From: Gemmatimonadota bacterium
GTDB taxonomy: Bacteria; Gemmatimonadota; Gemmatimonadetes; Gemmatimonadales; GWC2-71-9
DNA length: 64,000 bases
Reading direction: 5' to 3'
Assembly (NCBI GenBank): GCA_039588295.1
Contig: JBDHAB010000001.1
Span: forward strand, 352,001-416,000
The notes under the pieces were generated by a model. That model searched no databases. It had not been told where the DNA came from and was given only the letters and a program-made list of their open reading frames with translations. Position numbers and translations under genes: made by a program. Shown here piece by piece: positions 21,302 to 30,072 of this stretch (position 1 is its first letter; each line of letters starts with the position of its first letter).

Positions 21302-22333
21302 GTGCCTCAACTTCCAATTCCACCGCACTTCGATCCCCGGATCGTGGGCGAGATCTGGAAGGTCGATTACCAGCGCCGTGCGGAGGAAGCCTCGGCCTGG
21401 GCCGACCGGTACGACATCCCACCAGCTGCGGCCGACCAAACCCGCGTCGCCCTCCTGGTCGTGGACTGCCAAAACACGTTTTGCATTCCGGGTCACGAGC
21501 TGTTTGTCGCAGGACGGTCGGGTACCGGGGCCGTCGAGGACAACGTGCGGCTGTGCGAGTTCATCTATCGGAATCTCGATGTCATTACCGGGATTGCCCC
21601 GACGCTGGACACCCACACAGCCCTGCAGATCTTCCACCCGATCTTCTGGGTGGATGCTGCCGGTGGCCATCCGACAGGCGGGCAGACAGTCATCACACCC
21701 GACGACGTCGAGCGAGGGGTGTGGCAACCCAATCCCGCGGTGGCGGACAGCGTGACGAACGGCGATCGGGAACTCCTGGCGGCACATGCGCTTCATTACG
21801 TTCGGAAGCTGGCCAACGGGCGCTACCCGCTTATGATCTGGCCCTACCACGCGATGCTCGGCGGCATCGGGCACGCACTCGTTTCAGCAGTGGAAGAAGC
21901 GATCTTCTATCACAGCGTTGCGCGCCAGACGGCTGCCCGATTCGAGATCAAGGGGGACAACCCGCTGACGGAGAACTACTCGGCCCTCAGTCCGGAAGTC
22001 GTGGATGGCCCCAGTGGAGCGTCGATCGCGGAAGAGAATGTTGCGTTCAGCCAGCGCCTGCTTGAGTACGATGCGGTCATCATCACCGGACAGGCCAAGA
22101 GTCACTGCGTAGCATGGACGATTCATGACTTGCTCGCGGAGCTCGAAGCCAAGAATCCTCGACTCATCGACAACGTGTATCTGTTGGAGGATTGCACTTC
22201 TCCCGTCGTGGTACCCGGTGTTGTCGATTTCACCGACGCCGCCGATGAGGCGTTTTGCCGGTTCGCCGACGCCGGCATGCATGTCGTACAGTCCACGGAA
22301 CCGATCCACGAGTGGGCTGGCCTCCAGGCATGA
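21302..22333 (+). CDS. Isochorismatase/nicotinamidase-like cysteine hydrolase
   Basis: LLVVDCQNTFC, TLDTH, WPYH, KG, GQAKSHCV. Confidence 0.8.
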   Translation: MPQLPIPPHFDPRIVGEIWKVDYQRRAEEASAWADRYDIPPAAADQTRVALLVVDCQNTFCIPGHELFVAGRSGTGAVEDNVRLCEFIYRNLDVITGIAPTLDTHTALQIFHPIFWVDAAGGHPTGGQTVITPDDVERGVWQPNPAVADSVTNGDRELLAAHALHYVRKLANGRYPLMIWPYHAMLGGIGHALVSAVEEAIFYHSVARQTAARFEIKGDNPLTENYSALSPEVVDGPSGASIAEENVAFSQRLLEYDAVIITGQAKSHCVAWTIHDLLAELEAKNPRLIDNVYLLEDCTSPVVVPGVVDFTDAADEAFCRFADAGMHVVQSTEPIHEWAGLQA

Positions 22334-22449
22334 TCCCCGTGGCTGACGTCACCGCTCCCAATGAAGGCTGCCAACAGCCTCGCGCCTGCCGACGGTGACG
22401 GAGGCCCATTGAACAGGCACTTCGCTACCAATGGCATCCGGCTGGTCGT

Positions 22450-23541
22450 ATGAATCCGGACGAGTTCGGTCAGTTCTTCCTGCCGGGCCCAACCGAGGTC
22501 CATCCGGACATCCTGGCGTCGATGACCCGCTCGATGATTCCCCATCGCGGGGCCGACATGGTCGACCTGTTCAAGGCGATTGAGCCGCCCCTACAGCGAA
22601 TCTGGCGCACACGGCGACATGTGTTCATCGGGACTTGCTCGGCCACGGGGTTCATGGAGATGGCGGTGCGATCCGGTGTGCGCCGGAGGGCGCTGTCGCT
22701 CGTGGGGGGGGCCTTCGGTGAGCGCTTTGCCGGAATCGTGGCGGCGACCGGTCGCGACGTGGTACGCCTGGACGTTCCGCTCGGTCGCACCGTGGAGCCG
22801 GAAATGCTGTGGGACGCGCTGAAACGCTCCGACGTGGATGCGGTGACCCTCGTCCACTCCGAGACGTCGACCGGTGCCTTGGCTCCCATCGATAAGCTCG
22901 CGGCCGTCGTTCAGGAGTTCGACGATGTGCTGCTGCTGGTCGACGCAGTAACCTCACTCGGTGGATCGCCGGTCGAGATGGACGCGTGGGAGCTCGATTT
23001 CGCATTCACTGGATCACAAAAAGCTCTGGGCCTCCCTCCGGGACTTGCGTTGGCGGTCGCGTCTGACCGGATGATTCGACGAGCCAAGCAGGTCCCGGAG
23101 CGAGGCGCGTACCTCGACGTCTTGGCGTTTGAGAATGCGGCCAACGACTTTCAGCCGACGAACACGCCGGCGATCTCCTTGCTGTACGCCTTGCAGGTGC
23201 AGCTCGAGCGAATCGAAGCGAGTGGAGGCATCGAAGCGCGGTGGGAACGGCATGATCGTATGCGCGGCACGGTGGAAAAATGGATCGAGAGGCGGGGGGG
23301 CGAGCTTGGGTTCTCGTACCTCCCTGTTCAGGGCCGGCGGTCCTGGACGATTTCATGTCTCAATGTCCCAGAGGGCACCCGAGGACGGTCGGTCGCTCAC
23401 GCGATGAAGGGCAAGGGATGGGTGATCGGTTCGGGGTATGGGCCGCTCAAGCAATCGACCGTTCGGATCGGTCACATGGGTGACCACACGCCCGAGCGGG
23501 TCGAGGAACTACTGGCCGTGATGGAGACGGTGCTGGGATGA
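22450..23541 (+). CDS. Class V aminotransferase (AGT/SPT type; possible phosphoserine aminotransferase)
   Basis: PGPT, HSETSTG, VDAVTS, GSQKALGLPPG, RIGHMG; ATGA overlap with serA. Confidence 0.85.
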   Translation: MNPDEFGQFFLPGPTEVHPDILASMTRSMIPHRGADMVDLFKAIEPPLQRIWRTRRHVFIGTCSATGFMEMAVRSGVRRRALSLVGGAFGERFAGIVAATGRDVVRLDVPLGRTVEPEMLWDALKRSDVDAVTLVHSETSTGALAPIDKLAAVVQEFDDVLLLVDAVTSLGGSPVEMDAWELDFAFTGSQKALGLPPGLALAVASDRMIRRAKQVPERGAYLDVLAFENAANDFQPTNTPAISLLYALQVQLERIEASGGIEARWERHDRMRGTVEKWIERRGGELGFSYLPVQGRRSWTISCLNVPEGTRGRSVAHAMKGKGWVIGSGYGPLKQSTVRIGHMGDHTPERVEELLAVMETVLG

Positions 23542-25145
23542 GATACGTGGTGGCTGTCGCCGACCGCGTGGCGGATGCCGGTCTCGCACTGCTCCGGGCG
23601 GAGCCGAACCTGGAGGTCGTGGTGGTGGTGGGGCAGCCCGAGCGTCTCCGGGAAGAGCTGCGGCGTGCGCATGCCTTGATCGTTCGGTCCGATACCACCG
23701 TTACCCGGGAACACATCACGGCGGCACCGAACCTCATGGTGGTGGCGCGCGCGGGAGCCGGAGTCGACAACATCGACGTCGAAGCCGCAACGCGGCGAGG
23801 CATCGCGGTCCTCAACGCAGCTGGTGCGAATACGGTGAGTGCCGCCGAGCACGCCGTGGCGCTGCTGTTCGCCTTGGTGCGTCGAATCCCGGCCGCGGCC
23901 GTGAGCATGCGTGAGGGCCAATGGGACCGCAGGCAATTCGCTGGCAGTGAACTTAATGGGAAGCGGATGGGGATCGTGGGGCTTGGACGCGTGGGAGTGC
24001 GTGTTGCGACCATCGGTCGTGCGCTTGGCATGCAGGTCATCGCCCATGACCCGTATCTCCCGGAGGAGCGCGCCCGGGGTCTCGGCATCGAGTTGCTGTC
24101 GCTGGACGATCTCCTGGCCCAGGCGGACGTCATCTCACTCCACCTCCCGCTGACCGACGAGACCCGACACCTGCTCGACAGAAAGCGCCTGGCCCAGATG
24201 AAGCCGAGCGCGGTGGTCATCAACACGGCGCGAGGTGGTTTGATCGACAACAAGGCGTTGCTCGAAGCATTGGAGGCAAGACGCCTCGGCGGGGCGGCGC
24301 TCGACGTGTTCGATCCGGAGCCGCTGCCGGCCGAGTCGCCACTGCGGCAGGCTGACGGTCTGCTCCTGACCCCGCATCTCGCCGCGTCTACGCCCGAGGC
24401 CCAGGACCGAGTCGCCACGGAGATCTGTCGATCAGTGCGGGACGCCTTGTTGAGGGGAGCATTGCGAGGGGCGGTCAATCTTCCCGGGGTTTCGAGCGAC
24501 GCGCTGTCGCGGGTCGCCAGCGTACTGGAGCTCGCTCGGCGGCTTGGACGCCTTGCAGCGGGAATTGCCGCAGGCCCGGTGAACGCGATCGAGGTGGTCT
24601 ATGGAGGCAGCGACGAAGCTGCTCCGCGCCCCGCCATGCTCGCGGCCGTCGAGGGGGTTCTTACCGCGACTGGTGTGGCGCAGGTGAGCCTCGTCAATGC
24701 CGCGGAACGGGCGGCGCAGCGCGGGATCGAGATCAGTCGTCGGGCCGGTGGGCCGTTGTCCGGGTTCGAGACTACGGTGGGTGTCGTCTTGCAGAGCGGG
24801 GGCCGCTCGATAGCAGTTGAGGGCGCGCTCATCGGGGACCGTGTGGGCCGCATCGTCCGGATCGACAGGTACCACGTGGATGTGCCGGCTGAGGGCTTTG
24901 TGGTGGTCCTCCGCAACCGGGACGTCCCTGGGGTCATCGGACGTGTTGGGAGCGTTCTCGGAGAGGCTGAGATCAACATAGGGTCCTACCACCAGTCCCG
25001 GAGCCGTGATGAGTCGGGCACCACCGCCCTCGCCGCGATCGTCGTCGATCACGCCCCCGATGCCGCGGCGGTCGCGTCCCTGCGGAATCTCGCCGATGTG
25101 CTGGAGGTCCGCGTGGCTTCGCTCAACGGCGTCGCGGCCGGCTGA
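23538..25145 (+). CDS. serA: D-3-phosphoglycerate dehydrogenase (with ASB and ACT domains)
   Basis: RAGAGVDNID, GLGRVG, NTARG, TPHLAAST, DVPGVIG. Confidence 0.92.
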   Translation: MRYVVAVADRVADAGLALLRAEPNLEVVVVVGQPERLREELRRAHALIVRSDTTVTREHITAAPNLMVVARAGAGVDNIDVEAATRRGIAVLNAAGANTVSAAEHAVALLFALVRRIPAAAVSMREGQWDRRQFAGSELNGKRMGIVGLGRVGVRVATIGRALGMQVIAHDPYLPEERARGLGIELLSLDDLLAQADVISLHLPLTDETRHLLDRKRLAQMKPSAVVINTARGGLIDNKALLEALEARRLGGAALDVFDPEPLPAESPLRQADGLLLTPHLAASTPEAQDRVATEICRSVRDALLRGALRGAVNLPGVSSDALSRVASVLELARRLGRLAAGIAAGPVNAIEVVYGGSDEAAPRPAMLAAVEGVLTATGVAQVSLVNAAERAAQRGIEISRRAGGPLSGFETTVGVVLQSGGRSIAVEGALIGDRVGRIVRIDRYHVDVPAEGFVVVLRNRDVPGVIGRVGSVLGEAEINIGSYHQSRSRDESGTTALAAIVVDHAPDAAAVASLRNLADVLEVRVASLNGVAAG

Positions 25146-25168
25146 GAGACGCTTACATTACCATTGAT

Positions 25169-27610
25169 ATGCCTGGCACCTCAACGCAGAACGATCGTTA
25201 CGATCCACAGGCCGTCGAAGCAAAGTGGCACCGCCTGTGGCACGAGCGCCGGACGAATGCGGCCGACGTTCACGGCGCCCGGCGTCCGTATTTCAACCTG
25301 ATGATGTATCCCTATCCCTCGGCGGAGGGTCTCCACGTGGGCAACGTGTTCGCCTTCGTGGGAAGTGACGTCCACGGGAGGTTCCGGCGGCTGCAGGGGT
25401 GGGATGTGTTCGAGCCAATCGGCTTTGACGCGTTCGGCATCCACTCGGAGAACTACGCACTGAAGGTCAACACGCACCCGGCGGTTCTGATCCCGCAGAA
25501 CATCGCCCGGTTCCGCGAGCAGCTCCGGCGTGTCGGATTGATGCTGGACTGGGATCACGAGGTATCCACCACCGACCCGCGGTACTATCGCTGGACCCAG
25601 TGGATCTTTCTCCAACTCTACGGGGCTGGCTTGGCCGTGAAGAAGAAGGCCCCGGTCAATTGGTGTCCCGAGTGCAAGACAGTCCTGGCGAACGAGCAGG
25701 TGATCGACGGACGGTGTGAACGCCATCCCGAAACGCTCGTGCATCAGCGACTTCTCGAGCAGTGGTTCTTCCGAATCACCGCGTACACGGAACGGCTCCT
25801 CGAGAACCTCAAGACGTTGGATTGGTCGGAATCCACCCGACTCATGCAAACGAATTGGATTGGGCAGTCGGAGGGTGCGGAGCTGGTGTTTGCAGCCGAG
25901 TCTGGCAGATCGATCAGCGTGTTCACAACCAGACCCGACACGGTGTTCGGCGCCACCTACATGGTGCTCGCGCCTGAGCATCCGCTTGTCGTGGAGCTCA
26001 CGACCGACGCGCAGCTGAGGGAGGTCGAGGGGTATCGTCACCGTGCCGCGGCGATGGATATCGTGTCACGCCGAATCGGCGACAAGGAGAAGACCGGAGT
26101 GTTCACCGGCGCCTACTGCACGAATCCGGCGACAGGTGAATCGGTGCCGATCTGGATCGCCGACTACGTCCTCATGGAGTATGGCACGGGAGCCATCATG
26201 GCCGTGCCGGCGCATGACGCGCGCGACTACGAGTTCGCGCAGCGATTCGGGCTGGAGATCCGTCGAGTCGTGCAGCCGGAGGACGAGGCCCAGGCCCAGC
26301 TGCCGTACTCCGGCTGGGATGGCACCATGGTCAATTCCGGGCAGTTCGACGGCATGGGGTGCCGCGAAGCGGTTGGCGCGATCACGAAGTGGCTGGAGCA
26401 GCAGAACGCGGGCGAGCGGCAGGTGCAATACCGACTCCACGACTGGTGCATCTCGCGCCAGCGGTATTGGGGACCACCAATTCCGATTATCTACTGCGAC
26501 GCGTGTGGGACCGTGCCGGTACCCGAGGAGGATCTTCCCGTGATTCTCCCGCCGCTCGAAGACTTCCGTCCTGACGAGAGTGGTATCTCACCGCTTGCAC
26601 GGCATGAGGAGTGGCACCGGGTACCGTGTCCTCAGTGTGGCGCTGCGGCACGGCGTGAGACCGACGTGTCGGATACATTTCTCGATTCCTCGTGGTACTT
26701 CATCCGCTACCCGTCAACGGAATACGACGACCGCCCGTTCGATCGGGAGCTGACGCACAAGTGGCTGCCGGTGAAATCGTACATTGGGGGCAACGAACAC
26801 GCGGTGTTGCACCTCATGTATTCTCGGTTCATTACGATGGCGCTGTACGATCTGGGTCATCTGGACTTCGAGGAACCGTTCGCACGGTTTCGGGCGCATG
26901 GGACGATTGTCAAGGACGGCGCGAAGATGTCGAAGTCGCGCGGCAACGTCGTGGTGCCCGATGAGCACATCGCCAAGTGGGGTGCAGACACATTCCGGAT
27001 GTACCTCATGTTCTTGGGGCCGTATCAGGAAGGCGGCGATTTCCGAGACGAGGGGATCTCGGGCATTCGGCGGTTCCTCGACAAGGTGTGGGGGCTCGTC
27101 AAGTCCGTGCGGCTCGGGGATGCTGAGACCATGCCGCCGACCGCCGTGCGGAAGCTTCATCAGACCATCCGCGGCGTCAGCGTCGATATCGACGAGCTGC
27201 GATACAATACGGCGATCTCCAAGCTCATGGAGTACGTCAACGTGCTGCGTGCGGAGGGCGAGGCGGACCAGGCGGTAGCGGCACCGCTGCTTGAGCCGCT
27301 GGCAGTCATGCTCGCACCGCTGGCGCCGCACATGGCCGAGGAATGCTGGGAGCGTCTCGGGCACGACACGAGCGTGTTCCAAGCCACCTGGCCGTCCTTC
27401 GATGCCGCTCTCGCGAAAGAGGAGCAGGTCGAGCTCGTGATACAGGTGAACGGCAAGGTTCGCGGCCGGATGTGGGTATCGGCCGGGCTGACGGAGCAGG
27501 AGGCGGTAGAACGCGCGCTCGCCGAAGAAAGCATCCGGCGGTATGCCGACGGAAGTGCAATCAGAAAGACGGTTTACGTACCGAACCGGCTCGTGAATCT
27601 GGTGTTGTAG
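25169..27610 (+). CDS. leuS: Leucine--tRNA ligase
   Basis: MYPYPS..LHVGN, FTTRPDT, DWCISRQRYWG, KMSKS, QVNGKVR. Confidence 0.96.
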   Translation: MPGTSTQNDRYDPQAVEAKWHRLWHERRTNAADVHGARRPYFNLMMYPYPSAEGLHVGNVFAFVGSDVHGRFRRLQGWDVFEPIGFDAFGIHSENYALKVNTHPAVLIPQNIARFREQLRRVGLMLDWDHEVSTTDPRYYRWTQWIFLQLYGAGLAVKKKAPVNWCPECKTVLANEQVIDGRCERHPETLVHQRLLEQWFFRITAYTERLLENLKTLDWSESTRLMQTNWIGQSEGAELVFAAESGRSISVFTTRPDTVFGATYMVLAPEHPLVVELTTDAQLREVEGYRHRAAAMDIVSRRIGDKEKTGVFTGAYCTNPATGESVPIWIADYVLMEYGTGAIMAVPAHDARDYEFAQRFGLEIRRVVQPEDEAQAQLPYSGWDGTMVNSGQFDGMGCREAVGAITKWLEQQNAGERQVQYRLHDWCISRQRYWGPPIPIIYCDACGTVPVPEEDLPVILPPLEDFRPDESGISPLARHEEWHRVPCPQCGAAARRETDVSDTFLDSSWYFIRYPSTEYDDRPFDRELTHKWLPVKSYIGGNEHAVLHLMYSRFITMALYDLGHLDFEEPFARFRAHGTIVKDGAKMSKSRGNVVVPDEHIAKWGADTFRMYLMFLGPYQEGGDFRDEGISGIRRFLDKVWGLVKSVRLGDAETMPPTAVRKLHQTIRGVSVDIDELRYNTAISKLMEYVNVLRAEGEADQAVAAPLLEPLAVMLAPLAPHMAEECWERLGHDTSVFQATWPSFDAALAKEEQVELVIQVNGKVRGRMWVSAGLTEQEAVERALAEESIRRYADGSAIRKTVYVPNRLVNLVL

Positions 27611-27689
27611 GGAGCCCGAGAGCGAGCGGGACCGGTACCGACCGGTAACGGATCGTTCTCCTTCGCTCGCGCTTCCCGGCACCCGTCGC

Positions 27690-27718
27690 TGCGACCCCTT
27701 TCCACCCGGATGCATCTA
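27690..27718 (+). promoter_or_regulatory. Candidate autoregulatory ECF promoter TGCGACC-N15-GCATCTA
   Basis: 11 nt upstream of the ECF sigma ATG; second copy at 3237-3265. Confidence 0.55.
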
Positions 27719-27729
27719 TTCAATCGGGC

Positions 27730-28281
27730 ATGGCAGAGATCACCCTGACAGCGGTAGACGAGCTCGCGATCCAGCGGGCAAAGACTGGCGATCTCGAGGC
27801 GCTCGAGCGGGTCTACCGCGCCTACGAGGGAACGGTCTACACCCTCGCTCGGCGGATCTGCCGTGCACCGGAGGAGGCCGAGGAGGTGCTCCAGGAGACG
27901 TTCCTGGAGGTCTGCCGCAGCCTCAAGCGGTTCCGCGGGACAGCGCCGGGAAGTCTCACGGCGTGGATCAAGCGCGTGGCGGCAAGCAAGGCGTTGATTC
28001 GTCTCAGGCACGAGAAGTACCGGGACACCGAGGAGTTGGAAGAGGATGGGAGTTGGGCTGGTCGGCGGGACGGCGATGTGGGGTTGCGGATGGATCTCGA
28101 GGCCGCGCTGCAGCAGTTGTCGGAGACGTCACGCGCGGTGGTGTGGCTGCACGATGTCGAGGGATACACGCACGAGGAGATTGCCGAGCTGATGGGCAAG
28201 ACCGCGAGTTTCTCCAAGTCCCAGCTGTCGCGTGCGCACGCACGGCTGCGAAGGTTGCTCGGCGAGGAGGCGCAATGCTGA
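27730..28281 (+). CDS. ECF RNA polymerase sigma factor
   Basis: AEEVLQETF, WIKRVA, HDVEGYTHEEIA...SKSQLSRA. Confidence 0.92.
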   Translation: MAEITLTAVDELAIQRAKTGDLEALERVYRAYEGTVYTLARRICRAPEEAEEVLQETFLEVCRSLKRFRGTAPGSLTAWIKRVAASKALIRLRHEKYRDTEELEEDGSWAGRRDGDVGLRMDLEAALQQLSETSRAVVWLHDVEGYTHEEIAELMGKTASFSKSQLSRAHARLRRLLGEEAQC

Positions 28282-28868
28282 GACACTGCATGATTACGGA
28301 ACTCTTGGAAGTGCGAGACGGTGAGGGTTCTGCCGCGGCGCGGACGCATTTGGAGAGCTGCGAAGCGTGTCGGGCGGAACTCGACGGTCTGCACCAGCGG
28401 GTGGCTGCTCTCAAGGCGCTGCGTGCGTTCGCGGCGCCGCACGATCGGTGGCCGGTGGTTCGAGAGGCGCTTGCAGCCTCGCGACGGCGAGCGCGTGTTC
28501 AGCGCTTCGGGTGGGGGGGCCTGGCGGCGGCTGCAGCGTTGGTGCTCTTCGTCGGTGGTCGCGCCATGGTGGGCGGAGGTGCCGACACACTCGCGGCAGA
28601 GGAAGTCGCGGCCCTCGTAGAGGAATCACAGCAGTTGGAGGGCGTCCTCCAGCGCCTTCCCGTGCAGGGGCGGGTGGTCAACGGTGTGACCGCCGCGACC
28701 ATTGCAGATCTCGAGGATCGGATCGCAGTCGTCGATCTGGGCATCGAGCGCGCGCGCGCCGCCGCGGTATCCCGGGACGGGATGGCCGATCTGTGGCGCG
28801 AACGTGTGACCCTGATGGATCAATTGGTGCAAACCCATGTACAGCAGGCGACGTACGTTGGGTTTTGA
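28275..28868 (+). CDS. Zinc-binding anti-sigma factor (HxxxCxxC) with one TM helix
   Basis: HLESCEAC, TM LAAAAALVLFVG; overlaps the sigma stop. Confidence 0.8.
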   Translation: MLRHCMITELLEVRDGEGSAAARTHLESCEACRAELDGLHQRVAALKALRAFAAPHDRWPVVREALAASRRRARVQRFGWGGLAAAAALVLFVGGRAMVGGGADTLAAEEVAALVEESQQLEGVLQRLPVQGRVVNGVTAATIADLEDRIAVVDLGIERARAAAVSRDGMADLWRERVTLMDQLVQTHVQQATYVGF

Positions 28869-28913
28869 CACGTGCTCTCGTGTGTGGTTGAGCTTTCAAG
28901 GAGTGATGCAGTC

Positions 28914-29975
28914 ATGAGAATTCGGAATTTTCTTACTCTGCTTCTCGCGCTGGCGGTTGCCGTACCGAGTGTCGCGGCGGCCCAGGAGAAGGAGCGCGAG
29001 CGCGAGATGCAAGAAGCGCAGCGCCGGGTCGAGCAGGCGCAGAAACAGTTAGAGCATGCTTTACAGGAGCTGCGAGCGGCTGACGGAGAGCAGGCAAACC
29101 GCTCCCTGCGCGAGGCGCTCGATGCGTTACGCGCGGCCCAACGCGAGCTGCGGAGTGACGATTACCGTGGGTTGCTGTCTCGTCTCTACGTGAGCCCTGA
29201 AGGCGATCGTCGAGTGAACATCCTCGTCTCCGGGCGACCGAAGATGGGTGTCATCCTGAGCGCGGACAGTGACGACTTACGAGGCGCCGTCGTCGAAGCG
29301 GTCACGCCAGGCGGGCCCGCCGAAGCAGCCGGCGTCAAGGTCGGCGACGTGATTCTCCGGGCGAACGGCCAGTCACTCCGTCAGGTCGACAAACAGGATG
29401 ACACGCCCAATGAGAAGCTCGTCGACGTCATTGGAGAGCTCGAAGACGGCGATGTGCTCCGGGTCGAGTTTGAGCGTGATGGCGCGACACAGACGGCCGA
29501 CGTCATCGTGCGAGAGCTTGAGGCTTCGAACTTCGCCTTCGCGTATGGCGGCGACTCCGGGAACGTCTTCATCCGGGCCATGCCAGAGATGAAGATCGAT
29601 GTGCCGCGGTTCGAGCCGTCGGAGTACGCGTTCAACGCCCCTATGATCGCCAGGGCCTTCCTACCGTTCGGCTGGCTCGATATGGAGCTGGTGACGCTCG
29701 ATGAGGAACTGGGTCAGTATTTTGGCACGACAGAAGGCGTGCTGGTCGTTCGCGCACCGAAAGAGGAGGACATCGGTCTCCAGAGTGGAGATGTGATCCT
29801 CGATATCGATGGCCGCAAGCCGACGAGCCCATCCCATGCTTTGCGGATCATGCGCTCCTACGAGGAAGGTGAGAGCATGAACGTCGAGGTGATGCGCAAC
29901 CAGCGCCGGCAGACGGTAACGGTCACGATCCCGGAGCGGGATCGGGGCTTCTTCTGGCGCGACGAGAATCGGTAA
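28914..29975 (+). CDS. Secreted coiled-coil + dual PDZ domain protein (no protease domain seen)
   Basis: Signal peptide, heptad region, VTPGGPAEAAGVKVGDVI, GLQSGDVILDIDG; AAGGAG RBS. Confidence 0.82.
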   Translation: MRIRNFLTLLLALAVAVPSVAAAQEKEREREMQEAQRRVEQAQKQLEHALQELRAADGEQANRSLREALDALRAAQRELRSDDYRGLLSRLYVSPEGDRRVNILVSGRPKMGVILSADSDDLRGAVVEAVTPGGPAEAAGVKVGDVILRANGQSLRQVDKQDDTPNEKLVDVIGELEDGDVLRVEFERDGATQTADVIVRELEASNFAFAYGGDSGNVFIRAMPEMKIDVPRFEPSEYAFNAPMIARAFLPFGWLDMELVTLDEELGQYFGTTEGVLVVRAPKEEDIGLQSGDVILDIDGRKPTSPSHALRIMRSYEEGESMNVEVMRNQRRQTVTVTIPERDRGFFWRDENR

Positions 29976-29999
29976 CTCGCGGTAGCGCGGCGGCAGAGG

Positions 30000-30033
30000 A
30001 CGGGGCGGATCGTTGGGCGATCCGCCCCGTTTG
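30000..30033. terminator. Terminator hairpin between convergent genes
   Basis: ACGGGGCGGATCG-ttggg-CGATCCGCCCCGT followed by TT. Confidence 0.7.
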
Positions 30034-30072
30034 CTCTTCATAGGGTCGTCGGGTCGCAGGGCCGTGCCCAGC

